A stretch of 64,000 bases of DNA. It comes from Mobula birostris (Eukaryota). Both the position numbers and the translations under genes were made by a program. The first letter of the stretch is position 1. Each line of letters begins with the position of its first letter. Under the pieces are notes generated by a model that saw only the letters and a program-made list of their open reading frames with translations, had not been told where the DNA came from and did no database searches. Shown one piece after another: positions 38,224-50,415 of this stretch. The stretch spans positions 27,593,474-27,657,473 of the forward strand of contig NC_092396.1 in NCBI RefSeq assembly GCF_030028105.1, in the 5' to 3' direction.

Positions 38224-39276
38224 ATATCCTCTCACCCCATCCTCCCACCACCCAACCAGGGATAGGGTTCGTCTTGTCCTCACCTACCACCCCAGCAGCC
38301 TCTACATCCAGCCCATAATTCTCTGCAATTTTTGCCATCTCCATCAGGATCCAATGACCAAGCACATCTTTGCATCCCCCCTCCCCACTTCCTGCAGGGA
38401 TCGCTCCCTCTGGGACTCCCTTGTCCGTTCGTCCTTCCCCACTGATCTCCCTTCTGGCACTTATCCTTGCGAGTGGAACAAGTCCTATGCCTGCCCCTGC
38501 ACCACCTCCCTCACTACCATTCAGGGCCCCAAACAGTCCCTGCCAGTGAGGCGACGCTTCACCTGTGAGTCTGTTGGGGTCATCTACTGTATCTGGTGCT
38601 CCTGATCTGGCCTCCTGTATGGCAGTGAGACCCGATGCTGACTGAGAGACCACTTTGTTGAGCCCCTATGCTCCATCCACCAGAAAAAGCAGGATCTTCC
38701 AGTGGACACTCATGTTAATTCCACTTCCTATTCCCATTCCGACAGTCAATCCATGGCCTCCTCTACTGTGGCGATGGGGCCACAAAGGTTGGAGGGGCAA
38801 CAACTTGTATTCCGTCTGGGTAGCCTCCAACCAAATGGCAGGAACATTGATTTCTCGAACTTCCAGTAATGCCCCACACCCCTCTCCTTCACCATTCCCA
38901 TCTCACCTTATCTCCTTTCCTGCCTATCATTTCCCTCTGGTGCTTCTCCCCTTTTTTTTTTCTTTCTTGGCCTTCTGTCCTCTCCTATCAGATTCCTCCT
39001 TCTCCAGCCCTGTATCTCTTTCACCAATCAACTTCCCAGCTCTTTACTTTAAACACTTCCAGCCCCAGGTTTCACCTATCACCTTTCTACCTCCACTCCC
39101 CCCACCTCCTAACTCTGACTCCTCATTTTTTTTCCCAGTCCTGATGAAGGGTCTCAGGCCAAAACATTGACTGTTTACTCTTTTCCATAGATGCTGTCTG
39201 GCCAGCTAAGTTCCTCCAGCTTTTTGTGTGTGTTGCTTGGATTTCCAGCATCTGCAGATCTTCTCTTGTTTGTGAT
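38224..39276 (+). mobile_element. Penelope-like retroelement 3' part: GIY-YIG endonuclease relic plus terminus with hammerhead-like motif (39136-39173)
   Basis: RVRLVLTYHP...GTYPCEWNKSYACPC...FTCESVGVIYCIWCS; then cagtc-ctgatga-agggtctcaggcc-aaaa-cat-t-gactg. Confidence 0.88.
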
Positions 39277-39760
39277 TAAACATTTATAAAACTTTGGTTC
39301 AGCAATAGTTGGAGTATTGTGCTCAGTTCTAGCATGTACAGGTAAAGGTAGAAAAGATTTACCAAAATAACTCCCCAAGGATGATGAGCTTAATCAAGTG
39401 TAAAAGTTAGAACTGATTGCAGAGCAGGTATCTCAGATTACTTACAACTTTGTAGGGTATAGGCAAAAATATTGTTTTAATTGGCAGAGGTGTGAGGAAC
39501 CAGTGGTGCAGAATGATGATGATTGGCAAAAAGAACCAAAACTAATGCAAAATAACATTTTTACACAGCAATGATTATGATCTGCGCAGTTGTGAAGACA
39601 GATTCAATCACAGTGTACAAAGGCTATCTGAAAGGGAAGAATTTGCAGAGGTATTAGGGGAGGGAAGCAGAGTGAGATAACAGCATTGCTCTAATACAGG
39701 GCTGCTACAAGCTTGATGGGTTAAAGGTCTTCCATATGTGCAGTAGCTATTCATACACCC

Positions 39761-41070
39761 ATGCTGAGCTCGTCAAGATCATCAACTTTGCTTCCAACTT
39801 CTACCTTGCTTGTAACTTCAATCAGGCCATTTCTGAAACCTCCCTCCCCTTCCTTGATCTCTGGAGACAAACTGTCAACCAACATCTTTTATAAATTTAC
39901 CGATTCCCACAGTTATCTTGACTATACCTCTTTTCCCAACCTATCTCCTGTAAAAATGCTATTCCTTTTTCTCAATTCCTTTGCCTCTGCTGCATCTGTT
40001 ACCAGGATGTGGCTTTCCTTTCCTGTACGTGTGAGATGTCCTCCTGCTTCAAAGAATAGGGTTTCCCTTCCTCCACTATTGATGCTGCCCTCACCCACAT
40101 CTCCTCCATTTCCTGAACATCCACACTTACCACATCTTCACACTGTCACACCAGTGATAGAGTTCCATGTGCCCCATGAACATCACATCATCCTCTGCAA
40201 TTTCCACCATCTCCAAAGGGATCCTACCACTAAACGCACTTTTACCTCCACTCCCTCACTCCGCTTTCTCCAGGAATTGCTCCCTCCGTGATTCCTTTAT
40301 CCCAGTACTTACCCCTGCAAGTCGTCCAAGTGCTACACCTGCCATTCACCTCCTCTCTTACTTCCATTCAGGGCGTCAAACAATTCTTCCAGGTGAGGCA
40401 ACACTTCACCCACAAATCTGCTGGGGTTGTCTACTGTACCTAGTGCTCCCGATGCGACCTCCTCGATATTGATGAGACCTGTCCTAAATTGGGGGACCCC
40501 TTTGTCGAGCACCTCCACTAATCAGACAAAAACAAAACTTCCTGGTGGCCAAACTTTTTAATTCCAATTCCCATTTTGACATGGCACTCTGTGGCCATCT
40601 CATGTGCCTGGATAGGATCACCCTCAAGATGAAGGCGAACCACCTTATATTCCATCTGGTGGGCACCTTGTATTCCAACTTGATGGCATGAATATTGATT
40701 TCTCCTTCCACTTAAAAAAAAATCCCACCCCTCCTCTTTTCTATTCCCCACTCTGGTCTTTGACCTCTTCTCACCTGCCTATCACTTCCACTCGGCCCCC
40801 TTCTTCTTGCCTATCTCCTATGGTCTGCTTTCCTCTCCTATCAGATTTCTTCTTCTCCAGCCCTTTACCTTTCCCACTTGCACTTGGCTTCAACAATCAC
40901 CTTCTAGATCTCTCTTTCCTCTCCCCCTACTTTTCCCTTCCTTTTCAGTCCTGAAGGAGGATTTCCACCCAAAACGTCAACTCCATAGATGCTGCCTGAC
41001 CTGCTGAGTTTCTCCAGTATTTTGTGTCTGTTGTTTTGGATTACCAGCATTGGCAGACTTTCTCATGTTT
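39761..41070 (+). mobile_element. Penelope-like retroelement: RT C-terminal part, GIY-YIG relic and terminus
   Basis: FYKFTDSHSYLDYTS, HIILCNFHHLQRDPTTK; degenerate hammerhead at 40946-40982. Confidence 0.85.
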
Positions 41071-41504
41071 ATATTCTGTGGTTCATGTTATTTTAGTCAA
41101 TCCCAGATATTAGTGAGAGAAAAACAATTCTGTTCTTGCCTCACTAGTTATGGTCATTTTGTCTAATAATCTTCGATAAGAGCAAACAAGGAATATCCAA
41201 ATTAAATTGCATGTGTTATTATTACAACCCACAGCTACATTCATGTGATAAAATATTTGTCTGAATATAAGCCATGGCCAACATTTAAAGGAATGACAAG
41301 CAACAATATTGAAGAGAATATCAGAGGAAGGCTAAATTTTTATGCAGTCAAGGAGAACAGTGACAGATTCACATTATATAATCAATAGAGCCTCTAATTA
41401 CACAAAAACAGGAAAAGGCCATTCAATATTATCTTGTTAATGTGTTTCTATATTATATGCTTAAATCACAAGTACAACTCATGTTGGTGCAATCGGTCTT
41501 ATAC

Positions 41505-41662
41505 CTTCAAAGGATTGACAAATTTTCCTTCTATCTTCATTTTATTGGTTATTTCAAAGGAATCTGAAGAATTTACAGCTGGAAATGATAACCCTGGATC
41601 TGTGTCGACTGGAATTTTCTCTAGAACGAACTGGATTGTGGTGTCATTCAGGATATGAAAGG
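41505..41662 (-). CDS. VPS13D: VPS13D coding exon (approx. exon 20), 158 nt, phase 1/0
   Basis: ttccccag|CC ... AAG|gtataa; encodes AFHILNDTTIQFVLEKIP...MKIEGKFVNPLK. Confidence 0.94.
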
Positions 41663-42159
41663 CTGGGGAAAAAATAAGAAATGAGAGTACAACTTCTGCC
41701 AAGTGATACAATGATATTTGACTAAGATGAACACTGATTAGAATCAAATGATTAAGTGTTTCTTTTCTAAAAGCAAATCCAAAATTTCCTTCCATGTTTA
41801 TTTGGGAGGATTATTCTCTGCAGATAACTGAACCAAGCAGCCGTTCCTCACTTCCAAATGATAGGGAAGAAGAAATGAGCACCCCATGTTCATACTGAAA
41901 GGCTGGGTATACTAGGCTTGAGAAGCCAGGTGGCCGACTCCTGCTCTTATTTTCTGCTGTTTTATATTAGATAAAGTAAATATTTGCTTCATAGATCACA
42001 TCAATAATGACTTCCTCTTGTCAGCTAATAATCACACACAAGCCAAGGATTAAACCTGGCATCTTTAACAGCTGCAAAGTTTACTTACAGACTAGGCAGT
42101 GGATTGCTTATCAAAACAATGCAAAATTGCATTAATTCAAAAGTGTTCTTTGAACTGAC

Positions 42160-44394
42160 CTTGACCCTTGTGCACGGAATCAAAGAAATTTTGTCGTGTG
42201 AAATGCATTTCTTCCTGACTGGAGGTGCTAGCAGCACCAGAAGCTGACTGAGGAGATTCACTGGCATCAGTCTTGGAACAGGGCACGCTGTTATTGAGGG
42301 AGTACATTTTGATATCTTTAATTTCCACTTGTAGTCGGTCCCTCCCAGAATCATCTTCACCAGTTACAAAATTCTGGATTGAAGTCCGGCCCAAGTGTCC
42401 AACCAATAGCTCACAGCTTCCAGGCTTCCGTGGGACTGCAACCACAGGTGACTCAATGTTAATGTTCAAGATTAATTTCACTGGGTTATGCTCACGAGCT
42501 TCCATCCCAGCATTAACATCATCATCAAGCTCAAACATATCCCTTGACTTACGTGGCTTTTCAAAAAGTAAAACCATCTCACTGTACTCAGCTGTTTTGT
42601 TTACCAGGACAGTGGAGACTTTGGAAGCTGCACTCTTTAGCATATTTTGGAAGTTATCTTCAAGTTCATCCATGGATAAGGAAAGTTCCTTAAGAAATTT
42701 TGGTGAATGGTTATAATGTAATGATGCCATGTGCAGACTCAACATAAACTCCTCTTGTGATTTTTCAATGAATGTAAAGCTCAAAGCTTCACTACGATTC
42801 ATCTCAGTTTCAGACCTCATGATAGACTGAAAGAACCCAAAATCACTAACTGTTTCATATGCTTCTGTATTTCCAATGCTTACTACAAAATGATTTTTTA
42901 TTTCATCTTGTGTCAAGTCCAGTAACTGAAGGCAACCAAGAGATCCATTCATTTCAAATCGACTGCCCATTGAAACATTTACCTTGGTGCCATTGATACT
43001 AGCTGTAGCAATTTTTCTTCCCAGTTTCTCCCCACTTGTTAGCCTAACAGTCCGAAGAAGTAACACATTTAACCGATGGATTTCTACTGCCACTTGTGTA
43101 TTTTGATCGTAGGTAGACTGAATAGACTCTCCATCTTCAAAACTCATTGCTGGATCAATAAGTGGAGACTCTGGAGTTGCATCTTCTTTGGCCTTTGGAA
43201 AGGACTTCTGTAGAAAGCCAATGAGTTCAACCATAGTTTCTGGATTAAGGATAATATCCAGATTGTTGACCTGCAAAGTCATGACTTGCAAAGAGCTATC
43301 CAAATTCATAGAAGGGCAATTGGAGCTCACAAATTGATATTCCAGTTTAATCAGGACATCCTGGTCCTGAGCAGTAGATGATGGAGGTACTTGCTCATCC
43401 AGTGCTGCTGAGTTGCTCAATGTGATTTTATTTTTAACTAGTGAGATATCATTATTGACCAGTGAAGTGACAGTAGGGTGAGGAAAGATTGGAGACTGGG
43501 CTCCACTATCACGAAGACTTCCTGTGGGAATGTCAAAGCTCAAGTTTTTGTGAGATGCCATCAGCAAATCAAAGTCAGTCCCATATGTCTGTACCGTGTC
43601 CACCAACAGCAAACCATGTACAGACAGTGTCACCTCACTATCATAAGGCCTCTTCACAAAGTTGGAATTAATGCCAAAAACTTTTAGCACAGATATGTAA
43701 CGTCCACAACTCTCCACCCCTAACTGCATGTAATTAATTTTGAACTCTGCAATGAGCAGCTTTGACTCAACCAGAACCTCACGGGTATGTTGCTCAAGTG
43801 ACATCACACTCTGTGTTAGACTCATCTTTGAATCCAGTAGCTTGCTCCGGCTATCCACTTTATTGAAGATTTTTTCTCGCCGCAATGACTGCTGCTCACA
43901 TGATAGCTGCTGATTCTCGGAAGTGGTTATCCTTGACAAAAAATTGCGCAATGCCATGATTTTATCCTCATTTACATGTATTTTAAGTTCAGGCAGAGTG
44001 CCACAAAGCATGGCTCCAGGACGATTTGGGTCAGAGGTGTACATTAATCGTCGCTCCAATTGTAGCAGCACATTAAATTTCTCAACAACATGTGTTGGCC
44101 CAACTTCACTATCCTGAGCATGCTTCCAGTTATCCATGACCCGCCCAACCATAATCTGCATATCCATGAAGGACAGTGAGTATTTCTCATAAAGCTTATT
44201 GTTAATAAAGTGTTGCTGCAGCTGCTCCTCAGTAAATCCTAAACCAAGGAATTCTGTAGATTTTGTCCCAGCATCAGAGCTGGGCTCTGGAGGTGGTGTG
44301 TTGGGTGGTGTGGCTAGTGGTGTCTTGTATTCATCATCACTGAGTTCCTCCTCTGGAACAGAAAGTCTGACGCTGACTCTGCTCTTGGGCTCAT
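42160..44394 (-). CDS. VPS13D: VPS13D large coding exon (approx. exon 19), 2235 nt, phase 1/1
   Basis: Lies within the 763-aa ORF; tttacag|AT ... CAAG|gtcagt; contains SDDEYKTPLATPPNTPPP, GPTHVVEKFNVLLQLERRL and GSLGCLQLLDLT. Confidence 0.96.
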
Positions 44395-45534
44395 CTGTAA
44401 ATACAAAGAGTGATGTTAAGGATGGCAAAAGATCTCATGGTAAATTAATAGGAGTTTTCTGAACAGTGAATGTTCACCAACTGTATATTCTCACATAGGT
44501 TTGATAAGTTTTGTCAAATTTCACAATGCAAATGAGCTAACTGCTGTAATTAGCGTCAGCAAACCACAGCCTATTAACTGGATAACTTGCTTTATTCCTA
44601 GTTTTGAGAAATCCAATAGCAGTCTTTATTTAACCACAAATTTCTACAAGTTTATATTTCTCATTTCAGCATTACAACCTTTGTTTTCCCTAACAACTTA
44701 GCCAATGAAATTCTAGAATCTATGAAATACCTAATAGGAGCAGGAAGCCTCATGGTCAATTCCTGTCATATTTCAAGTCAGCCAATCTCAATTTTGATAG
44801 GAAAATGTAAACACAGACAGAACAAGAAATTCTGTTCTGTCACCACTATCCACAGATGACAATCAATATCTACAGAATGAATGTGCTTCTAAGGAAAATT
44901 AATTGAGAAGGGCAATATAACAGGCAAAACAAAAGCTAGCCTGTGCTTTATGACATCTGATTCAAGGTACAAAGCATTCAATCAACTCATTTATCTCCAA
45001 ATAACACAAAGGGTGGTTAGAATTGTTTTCAACACTGCCGCGTGTTAAATACTTCAGAGAAAAACTTCAACTGCTGTGAGAAAATGAACAATCCACAGAA
45101 AAACAGTAAAAGAAAAATCAAGACTTATTCATCTCCTTTAAACATTACCAGAAATAGAAAATGGGAAATATAGAGGGAAAAAAATGAAAAATAGTTTGAA
45201 AACAGATCGTTGAAATATCCTAAATAAAGCTGAAAATATCCTAAACGCACAACAGAACAGCAACTCAAAGGTTAATACTTCAGGCATCATCTTGAATAAA
45301 TCAATCCTCATAAAGATTAATTCACCCAGGTCTTTCACAGTGTTGGCTTGTTCCAACATTTGTGCTGTTGCTAAACATAACAATCTTCAATTAATGTAAA
45401 AATGACATTGGTAAGGTTATGCAGTTTCAATGGAGACTGCCTACTGAAGCCAAAGAAACTTCTGAACTCAGTAATTGTGCAGGCAATTTAAACAGAACAT
45501 CATTAAAGAGAGTGACTAGCTCAAAAGCAATTAC

Positions 45535-45667
45535 CTCGAAAATTTGTTAGCAGAATTCGACCCAGATCCACAACTACCAGCAAGGAATCTGCAGATTTGA
45601 AATCATCTGGAAAAATAACTTGAGGAGCAGAAATATCTAAATTCATCATCCAACGTTTATCATTTTC
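45535..45667 (-). CDS. VPS13D: VPS13D coding exon (approx. exon 18), 133 nt, phase 0/1
   Basis: ttaccag|GAA ... CGAG|gtaatt; encodes ENDKRWMMNLDISAPQVIFPDDFKSADSLLVVVDLGRILLTNFR, with the VPS13-type LDISAP and DLG motifs. Confidence 0.95.
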
Positions 45668-46474
45668 CTGGTAATAGAAACATAAATTCGGCATATTCAC
45701 TTCTTCAGTAATGGCAGATGTTAATGATTTAATACTCAATTGCATATTTGCAAGCAGTCCATTTACTATTGCCAATAATCAGCTCATGCAGTTACAGAAA
45801 TTTAGCAGACAGAAAGTAGTCATTTTATACATTTTGTTCATGCCAGACAATAGAAGGTTGTTCTGACTAATCAGGCTTGTCCCAGGGAATTGGAGGTTAT
45901 GCTAGATACAAATGCTCATCCTGGTTCTTTAAAGTATGAGGGTTTCTTCCTCCATCTACCTTTCAAGTACCATCTTCCAAAATTTACATTTTCCCCCAAC
46001 TTCCATTAATTCTTCTGACCATTATCTCAAATCTCTGCGCTAAGTCTTTGATTTCACTGCAGGAGAAAGAGGTACTTCGCATCTTGGTCTCACATAACTT
46101 TATACATCTCAGTTAATCCCAACTCAGTCTCCTCTGAATTAATGAAAACTTCATTCTGGTCAATCCTTTATCACTGTTGAAATTCTGAAGCCAGGATGAC
46201 GTCCTAATACATTTCCAAAAGCTTTCTATCAGAATCAGAATCAGGTCTTTATGGGTTGAGTTGAGAAATGGCAAGGATAAGAGAACCCCCATGGCTATTG
46301 TATACAGGCTTCCAAACAGTAGTCGGGATGTGGATTACAAATGACAGCAGTAGATAGAAAAGGTGTGTCAGAAAGGCAATGTCATGATAATCGTCGGGGA
46401 TTTTAACATGAAAGTGGATTGGGAAAACCAGGTCAGTACTGCACCTCGAGAGAGAGAATTTGTAGAACGTCTAA

Positions 46475-47320
46475 GGCTACATCTGCACTAGACCAGATAA
46501 TTTTGAAAACACCAGATTCGTGTAAAAACGACAGGCGTCCACACTAGGCATTTTTGAAAATACCTCTGTCCACATTAAAGTGGATATTTGGGCGAATCTC
46601 CTCCTACTGGGCATGCGCAGGACACACAGAAAACAAGCGAACAGGAAATGGTATACTTGGTGCACGTTTGTCCAGTTACAGATTAGAAAAACTTAAAAGG
46701 AAATTGCCAAAGAACTTGGTGTGCATTTGTCCAGAAACATTTCCTACAGCCATAGTCTCTTCACCGATTAAAGGGATGACAGCTATAACTAAATGCTTGT
46801 AACTGGGAAAAAGTGAAATTTGCTGTTACCTCATTTGCTTGCCATGTCTTTGTGAATTATTTTGCTGTCTTTAACTTGTGCAATAAAATGAGTTACTGGG
46901 CAAAAGTGACAATTGCATCTATTGAATGTTTGCACAAGCAATACATTAATAAAGCTCCTTGTTAAATGTATAGAACATGTCTGCATCAGTGTTATCTTGT
47001 ATTTCCATACAATGTTACATTAGGCTGTTACACATCTATTGCCAGATATTGTTGTGGTGTTGGAGGTTGCGTTCAATGAAATGCCGCACTGCTGCCACCA
47101 TTTGCTCCGGCACATCATGACAGCGGTTTTAAAAATAGCCGGTTACCCCGTACACACTATGCCGGATATTAGGCGTTTTCAGATTTATTCACTCTGGAGA
47201 GCGTTTCTGAAAAGTTCTGTTTTTGGGGGAGGAAAATGCCGTTTCATTGTGGACGGAGGGTCAAAACGAAGAGAAAAAAACTTCGGTTACAGATTTATCC
47301 AGTCTAGTGTGAACGTAGCC
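46475..47320. mobile_element. PIF/Harbinger-type non-autonomous element, 846 bp, TAA TSD
   Basis: taa|ggctacatctgcactagaccagataa ... ttatccagtctagtgtgaacgtagcc|taa (TIRs match at 20/26). Confidence 0.82.
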
Positions 47321-49138
47321 TAAAGGATGGCTTTTTAGAACAGCTTGTTGTTGAGCCCACTAGGGGATCGGCTGTGCTGGATTGGCTGTCTTGCAATGAT
47401 CCGGAGGCGATAAGAGAGCTTAAGATTAAGGAACTCTTAGGGAACAGTGATCACAATATGATCGAGTTCACATTGAAATCTGAGAGGGAAAAATAAAACC
47501 CAATGTGTCAGTATTTCAGTGGAATAAAGGAAATTACAATGGCATGAGAGGGGAACTGGCCAAAGTTAAATGGAAAGAGACATTTGCAGGAAGGACAGCA
47601 GCAACAATGGTTGAAGTTTCTGCAAAAAATGGTGGAAGTACAAGACAGATATATTCCAAATAAGAAGAAATTTTCAAAGGGAAGAAAGACACTACTGTGG
47701 TTGGCAAGTGAAGTTAGATCCAAAGTAAAAGCAGAAGCAAGGGCATACAAGTAAGTCAGAGCCAGTGGGAAGATAGAGGATTGGGAAGCTTTGAAAAACT
47801 TGCAGAAAGAAACTAAGAAGGTCATTAGGTAGGAAAAGATGAAATATGAAAGGAAACTGGCGCCTAATCTCAAAGAAGATACTAAAGGCTTTTTTTTTTA
47901 AAGTATATAGAGGGGAAAAGAGAGCCGAGGGTAGATACAGGACCAATAGAAAATGACGCTGGAAATATTGTAATGAGAGATGCAGAGATGGCAGAGGAAC
48001 TGAATGCATATTTTGCATCAGTCTTCAGAGTGGAAGACATCTGAGGTATACCGGACATTCAAGAGTGTCAGGGAAGTGAAGTTTGTGCAGTGAAAATTAT
48101 GACTGCGAAGGTGCTCAGGAAGCTTAATATTCTGAGGGTGGATAAATCTCCTGGACCTGATGGAATGCACCCTCAGGTTCTGAAGGAGGTAGCTAGAGAG
48201 ATTGCGGAGGCATTAACGATGATCTTCTAAGAATCGACAGACTCTGGCATTGTACCAGATGACTGGAAAATTGCAAATGTTACTCTGCTATTTAAGAAAG
48301 GTGGGAGGTAGCAGAAAGGAAACTACAGACCTGTTAGTCGGACATCAGTGGTTGGGAAGTTGTTGGAATCGATTGTTAGGGATGAGATTACGTTGTACCT
48401 GGAGGCACATGACAAGATAGGCCAGAGCCAGCATGGTTTCCTGAAAGGAAAATCCTGCCTGACAAACCTACTGTAATTCTTTGAGGAAATTACAAGCAGG
48501 GTAGACAAAGAAGATGCAGTAGCCATGGTGTACTTGGATTTTCAGAAGGCCTTTGACAAGATGCCGCATATAAGGCTGCTTAGCAAGCTAAGAGCCCATG
48601 GAATTACAGGGAAGTTACTAGCGTGGGTGGAGCACTGGCTGGTGGGCAGAAAACAGAGATTGGGAATAAGGGGATCCTATTCTGCCTGGTTGCTGGTTGC
48701 CAGTGGAGTTCCACAGGGGTCGGTGTTGGGACTGCTGTTTTTTACGACGTATGTCAATGATTTGGACTATGATATTAATGGATTTGTGGCTAAATTTGAT
48801 GATGATACAAGGAGGAGCCGGTAGTGTTGAGGAAACAGAGAGCCTGCAGAGACTTAGATAGTTTAGGGAAATGGACAAAGAAGCGGCAAACAAAATACAT
48901 TGTTGGAAAGTGTATAGTCATGCACTTGGTGGAAGAAATAAACGGGCAGGCTATTATTTAGATGGGGAGAAAATTCAAAATGCAGAGATGCAAAGGGACT
49001 TGGGAGTCTTTCTGCAAGGTACCCTAAAGGTTAACCTCCAGGTTGAGTCAGTTGTGAAGGAGGAGAATGCAATGTTGGCATTCATTTCTAAAGGTATAGA
49101 ATATAAGAGCAGGGATGTGATGTTGAGGCTCTATAGGG

Positions 49139-50342
49139 CAGCGGTCCCCAACCACCGGGCCGCGGACCGGTACCAGGCCGCAAAGTATGTGCTACTGGGC
49201 CGCGAGGAAACGATATGATTTGGTGATATGAGTCAGCTGCACCTTTCCTCATTCCCTGTCACGGCCACTGTTGAGCTTGAACGCACGCGAGGTCATTACC
49301 CGCGCATCATCCATGTCAGCGCAGGAAGAAGATCAACTCCTCGAGCTTGCAAATGATGGCGGGCTGAAAAGTATGTTTGACATAACATCTCTGCCGGCAT
49401 TCTGGATCAAAGTCAAGGCTAAATATCCTGAGATAGCCACGAAAGCACTGAAAACGTTGCTTCCATTTCCAACATATCTTTGCAATGAATGCAACGAAAA
49501 CTAAATTGCAGAATAGACTGGACATAAGGAGTCCCCTTCGAGTATCGCCGTCTCTCACCACCTCTCGATAGGACCGTGTTGTTGCAGGGAAACAAGCCCA
49601 GGGCTCCCACTGGTTCAGCGATATTGGTGTGTTGCAATGGTTTTATATGTTCATACAGGGAAAATATGTGCTGTGTGTTTAATATCCAAACGTTACTTAA
49701 AATGTTATGATGCTATTGACTTATAAGTGACCTATATAACCATATAACAATTACAGCACGGAAATAGGCCATCTTGGCCCTTTTAGTCCGTGCCGAACGC
49801 TATTCTCACCTAGTCCCACGGACCTGCATTCAGTCCATAACCCTCCATTCCTTTCCCGTCCATATACCTATCCAAGTTTTCTTTAAATGATAATATCGAA
49901 CCTGCCTCTACCACTTGTACTGGAAGTTCGTTCAACACTTACTTCAAGCTCCGCTGTCCTCCCCTGATAATTGACTTATCACTATATTCATGTGAGGAAA
50001 ATATGCGCTGTGTGTTTAATATTAAAATCGTTAGATAAACCCTTTTAGAAATGAAATTGAGTGTATTAGTCACTTACCACTTATATTCCAGTCGTGATTA
50101 ACAACTCCGCCCAACAGAATCGCCAAAAATGGTTTGTAGAAAAAAATCAGCACGTACACGTATGCGCACACAGGTGCCCGCGCATTGTAGTCTTTCTCGG
50201 GGCAAACCCAACGTATTTGACTGCTACTCTTGTCCGTTGGCAACCCTACCCGCCCCCCCCCCCCCACCCCCGGTCGGCAGGTCTGCAAGAATATTGTCAA
50301 TATTAAACCGGTCCACAGTGCAAAAAAGGTTGGGGGCACCTG
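49139..50342 (+). mobile_element. hAT (Buster/Charlie-type) deletion derivative, 8-bp TSD CTATAGGG
   Basis: Perfect TSD at 49131-49138 and 50343-50350 with central TA; TIR cagcggtccccaacc; C-terminal transposase relic LPAFWIKVKAKYPEIATKALKTLLPFPTYLC...KQAQGSH. Confidence 0.92.
49738..49937 (-). mobile_element. CR1-like 3'-end fragment embedded in the hAT element
   Basis: acagcacggaaataggccatcttggccc...catatacctatccaag...cctgcctctaccac is the reverse complement of a CR1 tail. Confidence 0.75.
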
Positions 50343-50415
50343 CTATAGGGCACTCGTGAGACCACATTTGGAGCATTGTGTGCAGTTTTGGGCTCCTTAT
50401 TTTAGAAAGGATATA

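Noticed and set aside
44395-44428. Start codon of the 763-aa ORF as an independent gene
   Set aside because: This part is intronic read-through upstream of the acceptor at 44394; the ORF is one exon of VPS13D.
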